Shown in pieces: positions 36,501 to 49,415 of a stretch of 64,000 nucleotides of DNA. The notes below the pieces were generated by a model, which was not told where the DNA came from, searched no databases, and was given only the letters and a program-made list of their open reading frames with translations. This DNA comes from Zygnema circumcarinatum SAG 698-1b (Eukaryota > Plantae > Zygnematophyceae), in contig CM074804.1 in NCBI GenBank assembly GCA_037447605.1, positions 5,309,909-5,373,908 of the forward strand, written 5' to 3'. The position numbers were made by a program, and so were the translations under genes. How positions within the stretch are numbered: the first letter of the stretch is position 1; each line of letters starts with the position of its first letter.

Positions 36501-37841
36501 CAGCCTATTTTGCCAAGTCATTCACCCTCGAGCAGTCTGAGGTAGCCCAGATCTACAGCCTTGGTGAGTTACACTACTTCCTGCAATGAACTAGTATTCT
36601 GAATTGAACGTTACATGGACAATCTATTGCTCATCTCCGTCAAGTTGACTGCCACTCCCAGCCTAATTTCCAATTTTCAAGTTGATACAATATGCTCCTA
36701 CAATACCATCAAGAGGCTCTGTGTTGCCTTACAGACTTCAATCTGCGGCGGGTCGACGGCGCCGTGGTGTATTTAAACGGCGTAGAGGTGTGGCGCAGCG
36801 CCATGCCGTGGGGTCCTATCACGTGGACCACAAAGGCCGCCGCGAGTGCGGGCACCCTGCAGGGCGCTTACCACTCGTGCGACGCGTGCTTCCACAACAC
36901 TACCCGAGCGCTGCAGGTGCGGCCGCCAACCACTGTGCAGCCGAGAGTTGTACAAATAACTGCTGCGTGTTCTGCTACGCTTACATGCGTGAGCGAGGCT
37001 GTGTGCGAGGCAATTTGGGACAGCCCTTAGGGGAGACAGCGACTGCCCGCGTTGTTTTGCATCACTGAAGCTTGAGGCCTGTTGCTTGTGCCAAGCAACG
37101 ATTGCCGGCTGCCCGAGTGCTTTCCTTCTCTTTTTCTTTTTTTTTTGCTTTTTTTTTTTTCAATCGTTTTGGAATGCAGCGAAGTTTGCAGAATGCTACA
37201 AAATGCGAATCGCTTGAAATACACTGAAGAAAACATGTTTTGTCGTGTGATGAATGGTGCAGGCTGGCACCAACTGGATTACAGCCGAGCTTCACATGGC
37301 ATGGCGGTATGAAAACCACGCGGCATTCGACATGGACCTCTGGAAAAACGTGGTGGTGCCTTGTACGAGTCTCCCCGGAAATCCCAGCGAATGTGTGCGC
37401 CAAGTGGAGCAGCAGCCTATCCCTGTAAGGCTCGAACCCTGAATCCCTCATAAGAGCTTTATCTTTTTTGGACGACGTTTCCTGCGTCCACTGCAGAGTT
37501 CAATCCATCTTCATGGATGGTCCTCAGCGAGTCTTATGAGAAGCAGCCTGGGTTTGCTGCAGCAAAACTGCACAGTCAGCAACTCCTAGTGCGAGAAAGA
37601 CTATTAGTGAACTTGCACATGGAAGTGAGTGTAATAAGTAGTGAAGTAATTTGGAGCGTTCAGTGTTAGCATCATGATAGAGTTTCCGTTGTTCAGCAGT
37701 GCGACCTTACAGCCTGACGAAGATTCAAAATGTTTCCTTTGCTGCAGGCAACTTCGAACTGGATATATTCCGATGCTAGTTTGCCATTTCCACCAGCCAA
37801 CTGGATGCTCCAGGCCTACACAGCACCCCAGTGGAAATCAG
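27522..37841 (+). CDS. G8-domain secreted protein, paralog A (signal peptide - G8 - CEMIP/TMEM2-like beta-helix - jelly-roll x3 with CDGxDND motifs), about 30 exons visible, last exons lost in the gap
   Basis: Signal peptide MAGRTTLPLMLWLGMVLLAAALAGVCA; G8 RRWSDPSAWPGGVVP...GQLVIGT...LGHKSFAVV|GGQVHLHG; GGQIVVASTDY...QAETF; RAEVALLTRNI; GVEFYKLGQQGNLGRYPIHFH; NSIHHSKQRCLVVH...NVAYNIPGHCFILEEGGEVGNTFVNNLG; FQDLDGSVIGAPG. The repeats downstream are described in the findings. Confidence 0.85.
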
Positions 37842-38030
37842 GTGACGAAGGGAACGCCTTTCTGCCTTACACGAGTTAGTTGAATGCACACTGATGAACG
37901 GATAAAGACACAGAACACTGATGCCAATTGTTACCATTAGAGAAGTAGCTTGTCTTCACTATTTCACCTGGATTACCTCTCGTTAAGGATTACGGAAAGG
38001 TCTGCACATGGGAGGATTTACCTGAAGTAT

Positions 38031-38130
38031 NNNNNNNNNNNNNNNNNNNNNNNNNNNNNNNNNNNNNNNNNNNNNNNNNNNNNNNNNNNNNNNNNNNNNN
38101 NNNNNNNNNNNNNNNNNNNNNNNNNNNNNN
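38031..38130. other. Assembly gap (100 N, true size unknown)
   Basis: Run of exactly 100 N. Confidence 1.
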
Positions 38131-38246
38131 CACATTCTCGTTCTGCACATTCTCTCCCCTCATCCCTCCCATTCCATTCCATTTCTCTCGTTCCCTACAT
38201 CTTCCCTTCCCCTATCTTTTTCCTTCCTCTCCTTTTTTCCTTGCAG

Positions 38247-41200
38247 CATTCAAATGGAGACTCAGGTGTGAGAAAACCCCGCACCCGCCGTAAACGGACC
38301 CGTATCCTGTCTCACAATGAGTGCCTCTAAGGCACCAAATCAATCATCGCGTGATTATCATGTTGTTAACAATGGGACATCATTTAGTAGAGACCAAAGA
38401 AGCATTGGCGTACACATAGTATGGGTCTGTAGGGTATGCTAAATATACACACCATATTACTCTTCTAATAGGGGTACTTATTCCTAGCTTTCGCAGTTTT
38501 GGAATTAGAATTCGTACTGTTCATAACTCTGATCTTCATTTGGAACTTGAAACCCTTAAAATCTTGAAAGGGGAATCTGATTCTTACTGCTTTTGTTCTG
38601 GTTGTTTTTTTCATTTTTGATGAGTGATGGAGGACTCCCTTTTGTTTTGGGGGTTTCAGGGGTGAGAACGTACCCGCATGGCATGCGTCCGCGAATGACC
38701 GACTGGGTGAGCAGGTTTTTTCCTGCAGAGAAAGCATCAGAAAAGTAAAGTAGTGGGGAGGCAGTGCCTTGTTCACGCAGCGAAATTGAAATCCAATTCG
38801 AATCAAGCGAAAATACATAGAGAGAATCGTCCTTCTTTTGATATAGCTGCTGCTTCGTAAAGCTCCGCTTCTTGGGTTGCTCAACTGCTTGACGATGTAC
38901 AGTAGCCTCTCCTAACATCGATCCCCATGGGTCACCTGTTGGTTGACAGAGTTGGGGTGATCCTTCAGTCCTGTCCAATCTCACTATCTACAAGAATGGC
39001 AACCTAGGGTGCGTTCAACGCTTCGAATTTGACATCTTCTTGCAAAAACAGTCGTAGTGCATGCTCTCTTCGAAAAGCTGATTTGGCAGACATCTCTCTC
39101 ACGATATTTACTGTTGGCTGTAAACTCTGTGATTCACGGTTATAGCTCGAGTGTGTTGTGTACGATGCTTCGATTTTATTGCGAATCAGAGATCATTCTG
39201 CTGCTCCGTCTGCCAAGGCAAAAGTCCTTAGGGGATGCTGCGGCAAGTTCGTTGGCTGATCTAGCACCAAGGAGAAAAGATGACTTGTTGAGAGAGCGCT
39301 ACTTCGCTTCTCTGCATAACAGGACAAGCTTCCTTTGTGAAATGTGCTATTTGACCTAGATTTTTGCTGCTTGCTGCATTAAACATTTTTTCGTCCTGTC
39401 ACCTCACAGGCTGTTTGTTCACAACACCGATCTCTTCGTCGTCAAGGATAGTGTGTTTGCGGACAACGGCTATGGAATTCACCTCAATCAGGATCAAAAC
39501 GTCGTCATCCAAGATACGAGGATCATAGCCCTCACAGAGAATTACGGCAACCCTGTCCAGTGTTGGCGGGATGATTTCTGGTCGCCTTGTCGCCCTGTCT
39601 CTGGTTGCAAGTAAGCCTCCTTCATTCTTCTCCTCCAAGACTGTCATCCTGCGCAATCATCTTTTACTGCAGTCAGTTCTAGTTTAAGAAGTCGATCCCT
39701 GCCTTTCGTGCTTCCCTGCAAAAAGTATGACAAACTATATCAAATAATACCTCCTGGACGCGGGGTCGCTGGGAAATGCAGAATGCCTCTGGAATGGGGA
39801 GCAACTGGACGGTCGACTGGCGACAGGAGCCGCTTCCAGCAGACATTTGGAGTGCTTCTCGAGCAGATGCGCGACACAGACGCGGAGGATCCAAACACGC
39901 TCGTCAATGTCACGTGCGTTTGAGCCGTCTGCTGATTCGCACTCCAACCCTACGAAGACAGGGCCTGTCAGACTTAACAAAATCGAGCGGCAGATGCTTC
40001 GTCAGTAGTAGTGAGCATGCTTTAGAAGGAGGACTCTTTTGCAGGCGGATCGCTAGGTTCCCAGAGTACTCGTTTTGGTATCAAACTTCCGGCAGTTTCT
40101 CTTCAGTACTACTGACGATTTTTAAGTCCGACAAGACCTATAGTTTCAGACTTCATGCGCACGCTTGCATTTCTGTCAAAGTCTATTGGCAGGTCGTCAA
40201 ATCAGGTCAGATTTATGAAAAGGAAAATAAAAAATGCAATGATGCAACCGGTCGGCTAATGAGCTTTTTTTGCCTTGGGGTGGCTGACAAAGCAGCTTCG
40301 TGAACTTCGACTCAACCTGCAGGGTCGCTAATGCAATCGCAACCTCTGGTAACGTTGACTTTTGGAACCCGGCGCATTCACTCAAGGTAATAGGATCCCT
40401 CGCTAGGTGTTCTGTAGCGCAGTTGCAACAGATCTACTTTAACAAACATCATTGGTTGTTGCTGCATCTGCGGGTTACAGGACAGGCGTCATGCAGACTG
40501 CGTTGATGATAGTCGCTATTGCCATCCTTTTTTGCACTTCTCGTATTGCGAAGCCAGCTTGCTGTGACTGGATGGCAATGTCAGACTGTCATTTGTCATT
40601 TGTTCATCTTCCTTATTTTCACCTACGTCTGTTGTCAGTCTTACTCCCTGACACACGGTGATATTCTGCGAATCTGAAAATTTGCAACTAATTGTCGGGG
40701 TTGACTGCTCTTCTGGCCCGTTAGATTTTTAGCGAGCAACATTTCATCATTGTTTTTTGTAGAGCTCCGGAGGGACTGACGCTCACTCAGCAATCCAATG
40801 TGAAGGATTCTTACTTGCCCACTCCTGTCAAATGATGGCAGGGCGTCCGCTTCTCAGCTAATACCCCGCCCGTTTGGTTTCCTCCACGCTACTTCCAGTT
40901 TAACGTGAGCTGACTGTCTGCCTAAGTCTTCTTGCCCCTGCGACAGCTTCAAATTAGTGGTTCAGTGCGCCCCTGAAAGGTTCTGGGTGATCCTCGTTAA
41001 ATTTAAACGGCGTCGTGGTTACTTTGCACTTTCATGGGGACCCTAATCAGCAATGCTTGAAGTGCACTTGCGCTCGTTTATCGTAGGATGATATCAGCAA
41101 GTTGCTTAACATTTCCAAGAATGACGGTCTGGGGTGGTTGGCACCCCGACCTTGAGATTTACTTACATGCCACCTAGAATTTCCGAAAAACTGCTGCTTG

Positions 41201-44200
41201 TGCTCTTTGATGGATAAGGTTTCTGGCACAAATCAATTGTCTGTTCCAAGCCCGCCACCCCCTTGTTTTTCTGCCGATGTGGATCCTTAATGTGACATGT
41301 CACATTGTGCACACGTTGACATCCCTCCAAGAATTTCACATTTTTTTGCACTAAAAGTTCATCAATGTCCTCCATGTCTGCAGCCCTGGGACAACATTAA
41401 TGATGGTGGGGAGCAATCCCAGTTTTACACGCTCTATGACACTGACGGAAGCATCGGCGGCAGCGGCGCTGGATATGTTGTCGCCAACAACACGAAAATT
41501 CTTCCTCCCGGCTTAGCAAGCTGCGTTGCCGTTCCTTTGTCGAATGCTTACAAGTGTGCCGGCGCGTGCTACAGAAGCATTGAGATCGGCTATCCCGAGC
41601 CAGGATTCAACAGCTCAGAAGTCAATGCGAATTACAAGAGTGGCGACTTCAGGTACTTTCAAGTCGGAGAAGTGTTGCATGTTGCATTGTCCACGTCGTG
41701 GTGAAGGATGAAGTGGTTCAGTTGTGAAATACCCATGAGCACAGGGAAGGGTTGGACTGTGTAGCTCTTCAACTCATGGTGCTAACTCATGGTGCGTTAC
41801 TGCACTGAGCTATGCAGCTCTTTGCAGGTTACACGTGTGAGCGACGGACAGGTCCTTGTACTGGATGGGAACCTTAACAAACAAAACTCACAACAACCCG
41901 TACAGCGTGAATTCTCTGCAGTATTGCTGGCAGGGCAGACATACCAGTTGACAGTCATTCCATCAACAAAGGCACCAAGCTTTACTCCTACAACTATCAG
42001 AGTGCGTTATCGCGATGTTGGTCGAACATGCCCACAAGGCCTCATCCTACAATTCCCGCCAACGGCCAGGGGGTCGTGGGTCCTCAACAATACCAACAGC
42101 GTATTCTTCAGGTGTTTTTCCACGCATGTTTTGTTTTACACCTTGGTCGTTTCGATTGTGATACTACTGCGGTCCTGGTTGTTGTACAAGGATGGGATGA
42201 ACGACTTCGCGGAGGAATTTTCAGACCATTCATGTTGTTTATATTGCAACCTACCTGTCGTGAGAAAGGACCCTTGGACACGTGCAGGATATAAAAATGG
42301 TTTATCATAGTCTTCTAGGACTTCGTCCTCCTGCTTACCTATTTTGTGTTCTGATGTTCGAGCCTTTGTTGTGCGTGATGACAGCCAATGCCGTGGAACA
42401 ATTCCCCTGGGTGATAATGTCTCCAAAGCACAGTACTCATACGTCTGTAGTGATGGGAGGCCTCCAACATTCCAGCTTGCTCTGGGAGTGCTGTGGTTGG
42501 ACCCTATCGTTCTAGCGGCTGGCACTGATCCTGTGGCTTGTACAAGTTCAACGTAAGTAATTTCAAAGCCGTTGTATACTTTGGTCAAGGACGGTTCAAG
42601 TGAGCTAAACACTAGCACTTACTGGCTAGTGACCAGTGTTGCAGCCGGCAGCGTTAGCGCTGACAGCCGGTTCTGTGTGTCCTTGGGTGGGAGCAGGCAG
42701 TGCAGCATTGTGTGGGGAGCAAGCGAGTGGCTGTTCGATGACTCAGGCAACGATACCCGACCTTTCTTCTGGGGCCCTCTGACTGACACGAGCGCATGGA
42801 AGAAGGGTCCTGCATTACTCGGTTTCAGCAATTGTAAGTACTGCTTTAGGGCGCCTGGAAAGTAGCTGCTGGCTTTTTTAAGTAGACCCTTGTAGTTCCT
42901 GGAGATGGGAGGTAACTACAGCCTTCAAAATAAATTAAAGAGAACCTAGGAATGTTCGGGCGTAACCGCATTGAATGCAAGTGCCTGTGTGCTTCGGCAG
43001 CATTCTCAGCTCTCTCCCTGTCCCTCTCTCTACTTTTTCTTAGCACCAACATACCCCACGTTGGATTAACGCGTGCCCTATGTCTAGTTCTCAGGGAACG
43101 ATCCTTCCGTCAAAACTTGGATGAAGAAAACGAATATCACTTACTACTTTCGACGGACCTTCAACCTCACCGATACTGCCTGCTACACCTCTCTTCGAAT
43201 TGAGCTCCTCGCAAAAGACGGTGTTGTTCTTTACTTTAACAGCAAGGAGGTGAGTGTGCTCCTCGATTGGCCTCAGCCAAACTGTGCGTCCCTTTTTTTG
43301 CGAAACCACCCGTCTTGTTGGAAGTGTCTACTATTTTGGATAAGCGAACATTGCTCGAAATTCCAATTTTGCTTGGTTTTTCGTCCTTGCAGCTACTGCG
43401 CGCGAACATGCCGAACGGTTCCCTTAGCAGCGTAACATGGGTAGCCTTCCAAACCCTAAACAATGACGACATCAGCCCGCAGCCTGCGAGAAGCAGAGAT
43501 TATTTTGTTTGCCTGCAGTAGTAGATTTGTTTACAGGAGTGAAATTTGGGCAACTGCTTGATTACCAGATTATTCTGTCACAACACAGACGCTACGGTTC
43601 TCCTTTGTTACCTGCCATCCTCATTGCTTGTTTGAGATGTCGAGCGCACAGGCAACTACGGGGATGCCCTCCGGCACATGGCAAAGCTTCACTGTTCCTT
43701 TGCCTGGCGAAAACAATACTCAGTACATCGTTGAAGGGGTGAACACAATTGCAGCAGAAGTGCATGGCTTCGCCACTTGGTTCAATCAGATTCAATTCGA
43801 CATTCGCGTCTCCGGAATTCGAAGGCGAGTGCAGTTACCTCCTTCTGCCGTTCTATTCGCTCCCTTTGTTTTATGTTTTCCGCGATGCGGCATCTGCTGT
43901 CAAACATACTCGGTGGATTATGTGCCACTGAATTTAGATTCATCGATTTCAGAATACATTTGATGAAGGAACAAGTTCATTCTGTGATGTTGCAGATTGG
44001 CGTGCTCTGGCCCAAGTATCATGGCAGAGGTCTGCGATGGGGTGGACAACGACTTCGATGGTGAGCAACTTTCTTTCAAAGCGTGCTTTACGTTTAAGGT
44101 CCCTTATACTGGCTAGTTGTGCTAGGCATCGCTTCGGCATGCTTTTCTTGATGGAAAGGTTAGCCTCTGCTTGAACTGGGATCCTTCAATTTAGCGACTG

Positions 44201-47200
44201 CCTGTTATGATAAGGAAAAGGTGCACCAGTGTCACCTAACTGATCTACAGGGCTTTTTCAGTTTAGCGCCATCGCTCTACTCCATTCAGACTGATGCTCT
44301 ACACTTTAGCATCGCCAATCATGCACATGCCCTTGGAAGATTATGTATCCGCCGTGTACAAGTCGATAATGCTCGAGAGGCCTTTAGCTTTTGAAATGAA
44401 CGCCGGGCGATGGGATGGAGAATTGCAGGCCAAGTGGACGAAGGAGCGGATGGAAACCTTCTGACAAGGCCATGCCGGACCGACTGCGGGCCTGGTTTGG
44501 AGACGTGCATCAACGGCTACTTCCAGCAGTGCTCTGCTCCGCCGGTTTATGCCGAAGTGTACGCTCCCAATAACTCGCCAATGCTGAAACTCCCCCGCCA
44601 AAATGAAGTCGGTTCAAAGCAGAGTTGTCCTCAGTGTCCTCTTCTTCATCGTGCCTGTATGCCCGCCAACGTTAATAGTCCTTCATCCCTCGCCTGCATC
44701 CAGGTGCAATGGAGTGGATGACAACTGCGATGGCATGGTCGACAACGGCATGGACAAGCTCAACTGCTCTGACGGACAAGTCTGCCTGAAGGGCGCGTGC
44801 CTCCCTGTGATGAACGCCAAGACTCCCGTGCAGATTTGGCCCGCCAACACCACCGGCTGGTCGTACTATGACAAAGGCGGAAGCATGTCGGTTGTCAACA
44901 AGGGATGGGTGAATGGGTATGTCCAGGCTGAGACCCCCTGCACTCTCATGACGCCGTGAGCTCAAGTGCATGATGGCATGAAACGTTGTTGATTTCACGA
45001 TCCGATCACCGCTTCCTTTTCGACATTGGGTCCAAGCCTTCTGAGTCACTGGGACCCTCCAGGCGAAGATTATCAGTCTTCGAATGCAGACTATGTTCAA
45101 GTGGTAGACTGATTCTAACTGGAAATTGCACCAAGACGTGATTAAATCGAGCATGGACGTAGCAAGTAATCATTTACGGTTGGCGGTAATCCTCTTTGCT
45201 GCCGTTCGAAGTAGCTTCCAAGGCGCAGTCTGTAAAAGGATAATCTCCTTAGATAGATACTGATCTTTCCACAATAACAGCGTGCTGGCAAGAGAGGTCA
45301 GGAAACCTTCCCAATCTGGGCCGGCAGTAGTTCACTATTCCCTTGCCTTGCTCATGCAGAAACCAGACAGCGAGCTGGCCAACTGGCGCGGGGCCCCTCG
45401 GCTACAACATGGACATGCCCGCATGGGACGTCTTCAACACAACGCTGCGGAACTACATGGTGGACAGCTTCAACGTCACATCGTATTTCGTGAAGTCCTT
45501 CAATCTCAGCAGTGCTGATTTAAACTCAACTTACAGTATAGGTAAGTTTCAACTGCTAGAATTGCATTGCTAGTTTTACATGCAAGCTCCTGCCTCCCGT
45601 CTCTGTGGGTCAGAGTGCTCATCAGAAGGCTCAATGTGCAGGAAAGTGAAAGCTTCGCTTTTGCAAATCGAGATGCCTGTGCGAACGTTTTCTTGTGTCC
45701 TTAGGTCCTTCGCGACCAGTTTTTCGTGGTTCCCCATGATGATTTGTCCATGTACATTTGATGGCATCGCCATCGTGAGATCAATTCCACATGTTTCATC
45801 TTTCACAAAGCATGACTCTATACCATTTTCCAAGTATCGGACATCGGGTGCAAAGTAATTGTAGATGATGTGCTTTTTGTTTCGTTCTGACGGTTGCAAC
45901 AGATTACATGCTCCGACGAATAGATGGTGCTATTGTGTACTTGAACGGAGTCGAGATAGAGGTGAGATTGAACGAAGAGACTCATGTCAGAGAACCCTTT
46001 TTCCTTACGTTACGTTTTATGCATCTCTGGAACTACGCCGGATTTTTCTTGAAACTGTTTTGGTTTGGCATTTCGCAGCGGCCAAATATGCCGTGGGGTC
46101 CCTTCAACTGGACCACCAACGCACTCAGCACCAGCAACTACGTACTCCACTCCAAAGATGTGGGAGTACGGACAGTGCAAGTCATGCTTCCGCAACACGA
46201 GCGCGTACCTTCAGGTGGGCGAGCCTGCTTTCGCTCTGCACGCTTGTTAACCGCCGGCTTAGCTCTATTGCTCAGGAAGAGGGTCCTCTGGACAGGCACG
46301 TCTAATCGGTTGGCGGCATATTATATGATGAATGCTGTTTTCGGTTGCTTTTGGCCCCAGTTTGCCTCTGGTGTTGAATGGCAAGAACAGTAAAGTGGAG
46401 GGGACGAATCTCCCCGGCTTTTTTTGTGCCATGTTGGTTCTGTTGCGGTATGACCTAACTCTGACATGCAGTGAGATGTGAAAGTGGGTATAATTGCGGT
46501 ATGTGACAATTTACTCTCAGACCTCACCTTCTTGCTTGGAACCCGCGCAGGCCGGCACCAACTGGTTGGCAGTGGAGCTGCACGGCTCCGGCAAATGGAG
46601 GAGGAATGCCGCCTTCGACATGGCCCTCACCCGCCACGCCGTGTTGCCGTGTTCCGCCCTCCCAGGGGCACCCACGGCGTGCGTCCGCCAAGTCAATCAG
46701 ACCATTCTTCCTGTAAGGGCTCCATTTTCGCAGGAACAACATGGAATCCTTCCGGAACTATGCCTGTAAACATTGCATCCTTGCGCATTTCAAAAAAGAA
46801 ACAATCGCAGAAATTGAATGTATATATGCTTGGCAAAAGTGAGTTGTGGCCTTCTGCAAGCATGCCGCAGCTGACAATGCTGCTCTCCGTGTGGGTGCAG
46901 GCCAACTCCGAGTGGCAGTACATTGACGCCAGCCTCCCCCTGCCCCCGCCCGGCTGGATGCTGCCGAATGGCCCCAATATTCCATGGAAGACAGGTGCCT
47001 GCTTGCCTATCGCCCTTGTGACATAACTTGCGCTGCTTTCACTCCAGAAGTTGGGCAGCGAATGACGCGAGTGTCTGCCCCTCATGGTTGCAGGTCGAGG
47101 AATTTTGGGTACCGAAAAAATGAAAGGATTGACCAACTTAACTGTTGGAGCGAATGCAACTGATCCCCAGCGCACCTACTACTTCAAGAGGAACATCACA

Positions 47201-47839
47201 GTGCCTGAATTCTCATGCTACTTTCAGATTATGAGTAATCTCCTGGCGAACGATGGCGCGGTGAGCAGACCTTTGCAAAAGTTGTTGTCTGAAAACCTTG
47301 TTGTGCATTTCATTCTTTGCCAATTGGACATATCGATTCTGCCCTGAAGTTCCTACCAAATGTTACGGATGTTGAGAAAGGCTTTCAGGGCTGACGCAGC
47401 TTTCATTGGAACCAATGCATGGTGTTTTCTTCAAGGTGAACCTTAGGATCACAGGATGTGATTAACGAACCCGCACTGCTTGAACCGTGTCTGAAAGCTT
47501 CTATCACTGAATACCTTTTGAACCGAAACCCATCTCAACGAGACTAGACGTGATCCGAACTAATGGCCTCGTTTCTCTTTACAGGTTCTATACATAAATG
47601 GCGCCGAGGTGTACAGGGTCAATCTACCAACCACTCAACTGAACTCCACTGTGTACGCTACGAGAGGCAGCAATGGGCAGTACAGCACAGTGCTGCTGTC
47701 TGGCGGGTGGCTGAAGGCAGGCGTGAATGTGCTTGCGGCGGAGGTGCACAGGACGCAGTGGAACATCCTCTATATGGCATTCGATTTGGAGCTCGTCGGT
47801 GTGCGAGAAGGCGTGACATGCACACCTCTCCCTCCTTAA
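38247..47839 (+). CDS. G8-family secreted protein, paralog C; 5' half (signal peptide, G8, first part of the beta-helix) not in the assembled sequence
   Basis: Exons collinear with A and B: HSNGDSG|VRTYPHGMRPRMTDW (38247, 38660), LTIYKNGNLG (~38990), LFVHNTDLFVVKDSVFADNGYGIHLNQD (~39410), PWDNINDGGEQSQFYTLYDTDGSIGG (~41385), TYYFRRTFNL...KDGVVLY (~43140), EVCDGVDNDFDG, CNGVDDNCDGMVDN, and final exon YINGAEVYRVNLP...GVNVLAAEVHR...FDLELVG...CTPLPP* ending at 47839. Confidence 0.82.
39960..40140. mobile_element. MITE (GTGTCAGACTTAA family), diverged copy in an intron of paralog C
   Basis: AGGGCCTGTCAGACTTAACAAAAT ... ATTTTTAAGTCCGACAAGACCT; internal GAGTACTCGTTTTGG matches the copies at 62.5 and 63.8 kb. 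Confidence 0.7.
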
Positions 47840-48368
47840 AATGCTCAGCCCTGCCGGAGTCTGGGCGCGGGCTCCAAAATTATGGCAGTTGTCTCACTGC
47901 GTCTCTATTGGTCACAGCAAATTGAGCAGTTGCAGAGTCTTCTGCTAGAGAAATGCATTATGGCCATGCTAAAAGACTTTCTAAAAGCGTTGCGTGGGTA
48001 GAAGCATTCGATATGATGGGGCGCTGGCAAGGAGTGGCCGTTATTGAACTTAATATGGCTCTCACTTGACTCTTTTTGCCAATCTTGTTCGATGGAGACG
48101 GAGGCCATGTGCGCTTGGGTGGTTTCAGGGACTTGGCCGCCATCTGCATCCGCCGCACGGTTTCAATGCAATGCGCAATGGAGAGAGTGTGCTCTGCATT
48201 CCGCATTTTGCACTTTTGCATGAAGAACTCCTTCTGACATTCTGCATTTAATTTTTCATTTTTTCCTCTGAAAACAAACTGTAAATTCCTACATGCTACA
48301 TCTAAGAGTGCTCCATTGATTGCAATTGTTTGAGGTCTCCTATGCAAACGGCAGAATAGCCTAGCCTA

Positions 48369-49064
48369 TGTATGTGCGGAGCCTTCAGACCTGTTAGAGG
48401 ATGCCTCTGACGATGACATCCCTCTACGCCTTGGACTAGGAGACGCCACCTTTGCGGAAGCGCAAGATCTTACTCACAAAGCAAAAAACTGCCCCAAGCA
48501 AGTTCAATGAAAGTTCCCCTTCCCCAAGCAAAGAATGAATGAACAGATCGAAGATCAAGAAGATAAGCGAAAACACTATGGCAATAACTCTTAACTTTAA
48601 TACCGGAGTACAAGAACACAGCAACAGCCCCTCTTTTGCTTCTCTATTCCACTACAAGAGTGTCCCCCATATGCTGTTAAGCTTCACCACATTCCGGCAA
48701 GCTTCTACCTTTGTACCTAGCAGCCGGCATCAAGGGTTGCAACTTCCTCATTTGCTCCACAATTTATCAGTGATCGTGTGACGTGACCTCCGGAACACTC
48801 TCCGTCACATCACGCCACCTACAGTAATAGTATCTCCGCGAGCTTTCTGGGGCTCCCTGTCCGTACAGTCTCGTACTGTACATCTCCGTCCAATGCTGTA
48901 CAGCAGTTCGAGTGCCACGTGTCGCTCCTTGCCCATGCTTCGACAAATCAGAATGCGCCACGCGCTCCTCCAATATGCAGCCTATACAGACCACAAGACT
49001 AGCCTGCCATCTAGACTCCCAAACAAGGACATGCTCCCCGTGAACTATGTAGCACTCACTAACA
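48369..49064. mobile_element. Candidate solo LTR, about 0.7 kb
   Basis: TGTTAG (48392) ... CTAACA (49064) inverted termini. An alternative left end at TG 48369 gives a GCCTA/GCCTA 5-bp direct flank. No retroelement coding sequence is adjacent. Confidence 0.4.
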
Positions 49065-49415
49065 GCCTAGCCTAGCATAGCATGGCATTCTGCTTGCTAC
49101 CTCCGCCAATTCACTCGCACTTGGCAGCGATTTCGGTAGGCAGCATTCGTATAAGATTGAGATTTTTTTAGATTAATTAAGTTTTAATTGAGATTTTTGG
49201 TTGCCTCGACACCCGTTTGGATACCTTCCTTCGCCAGTGCGCCCATCGCTCCTTCGAGATCCCCACACGGCCCCGGAAACCCTCCTCCGGCGATCCTGAT
49301 TACCTTTTTTCGACAGCGCATTTCCGTCGCCCTTCAGCGTTGCCTCGCTTCTACGCTTCTTCGGCGTGCTGCGGTTGTTGGTGATCGTGTTGGTGGACTT
49401 CCGCCGCTCCCTCCT

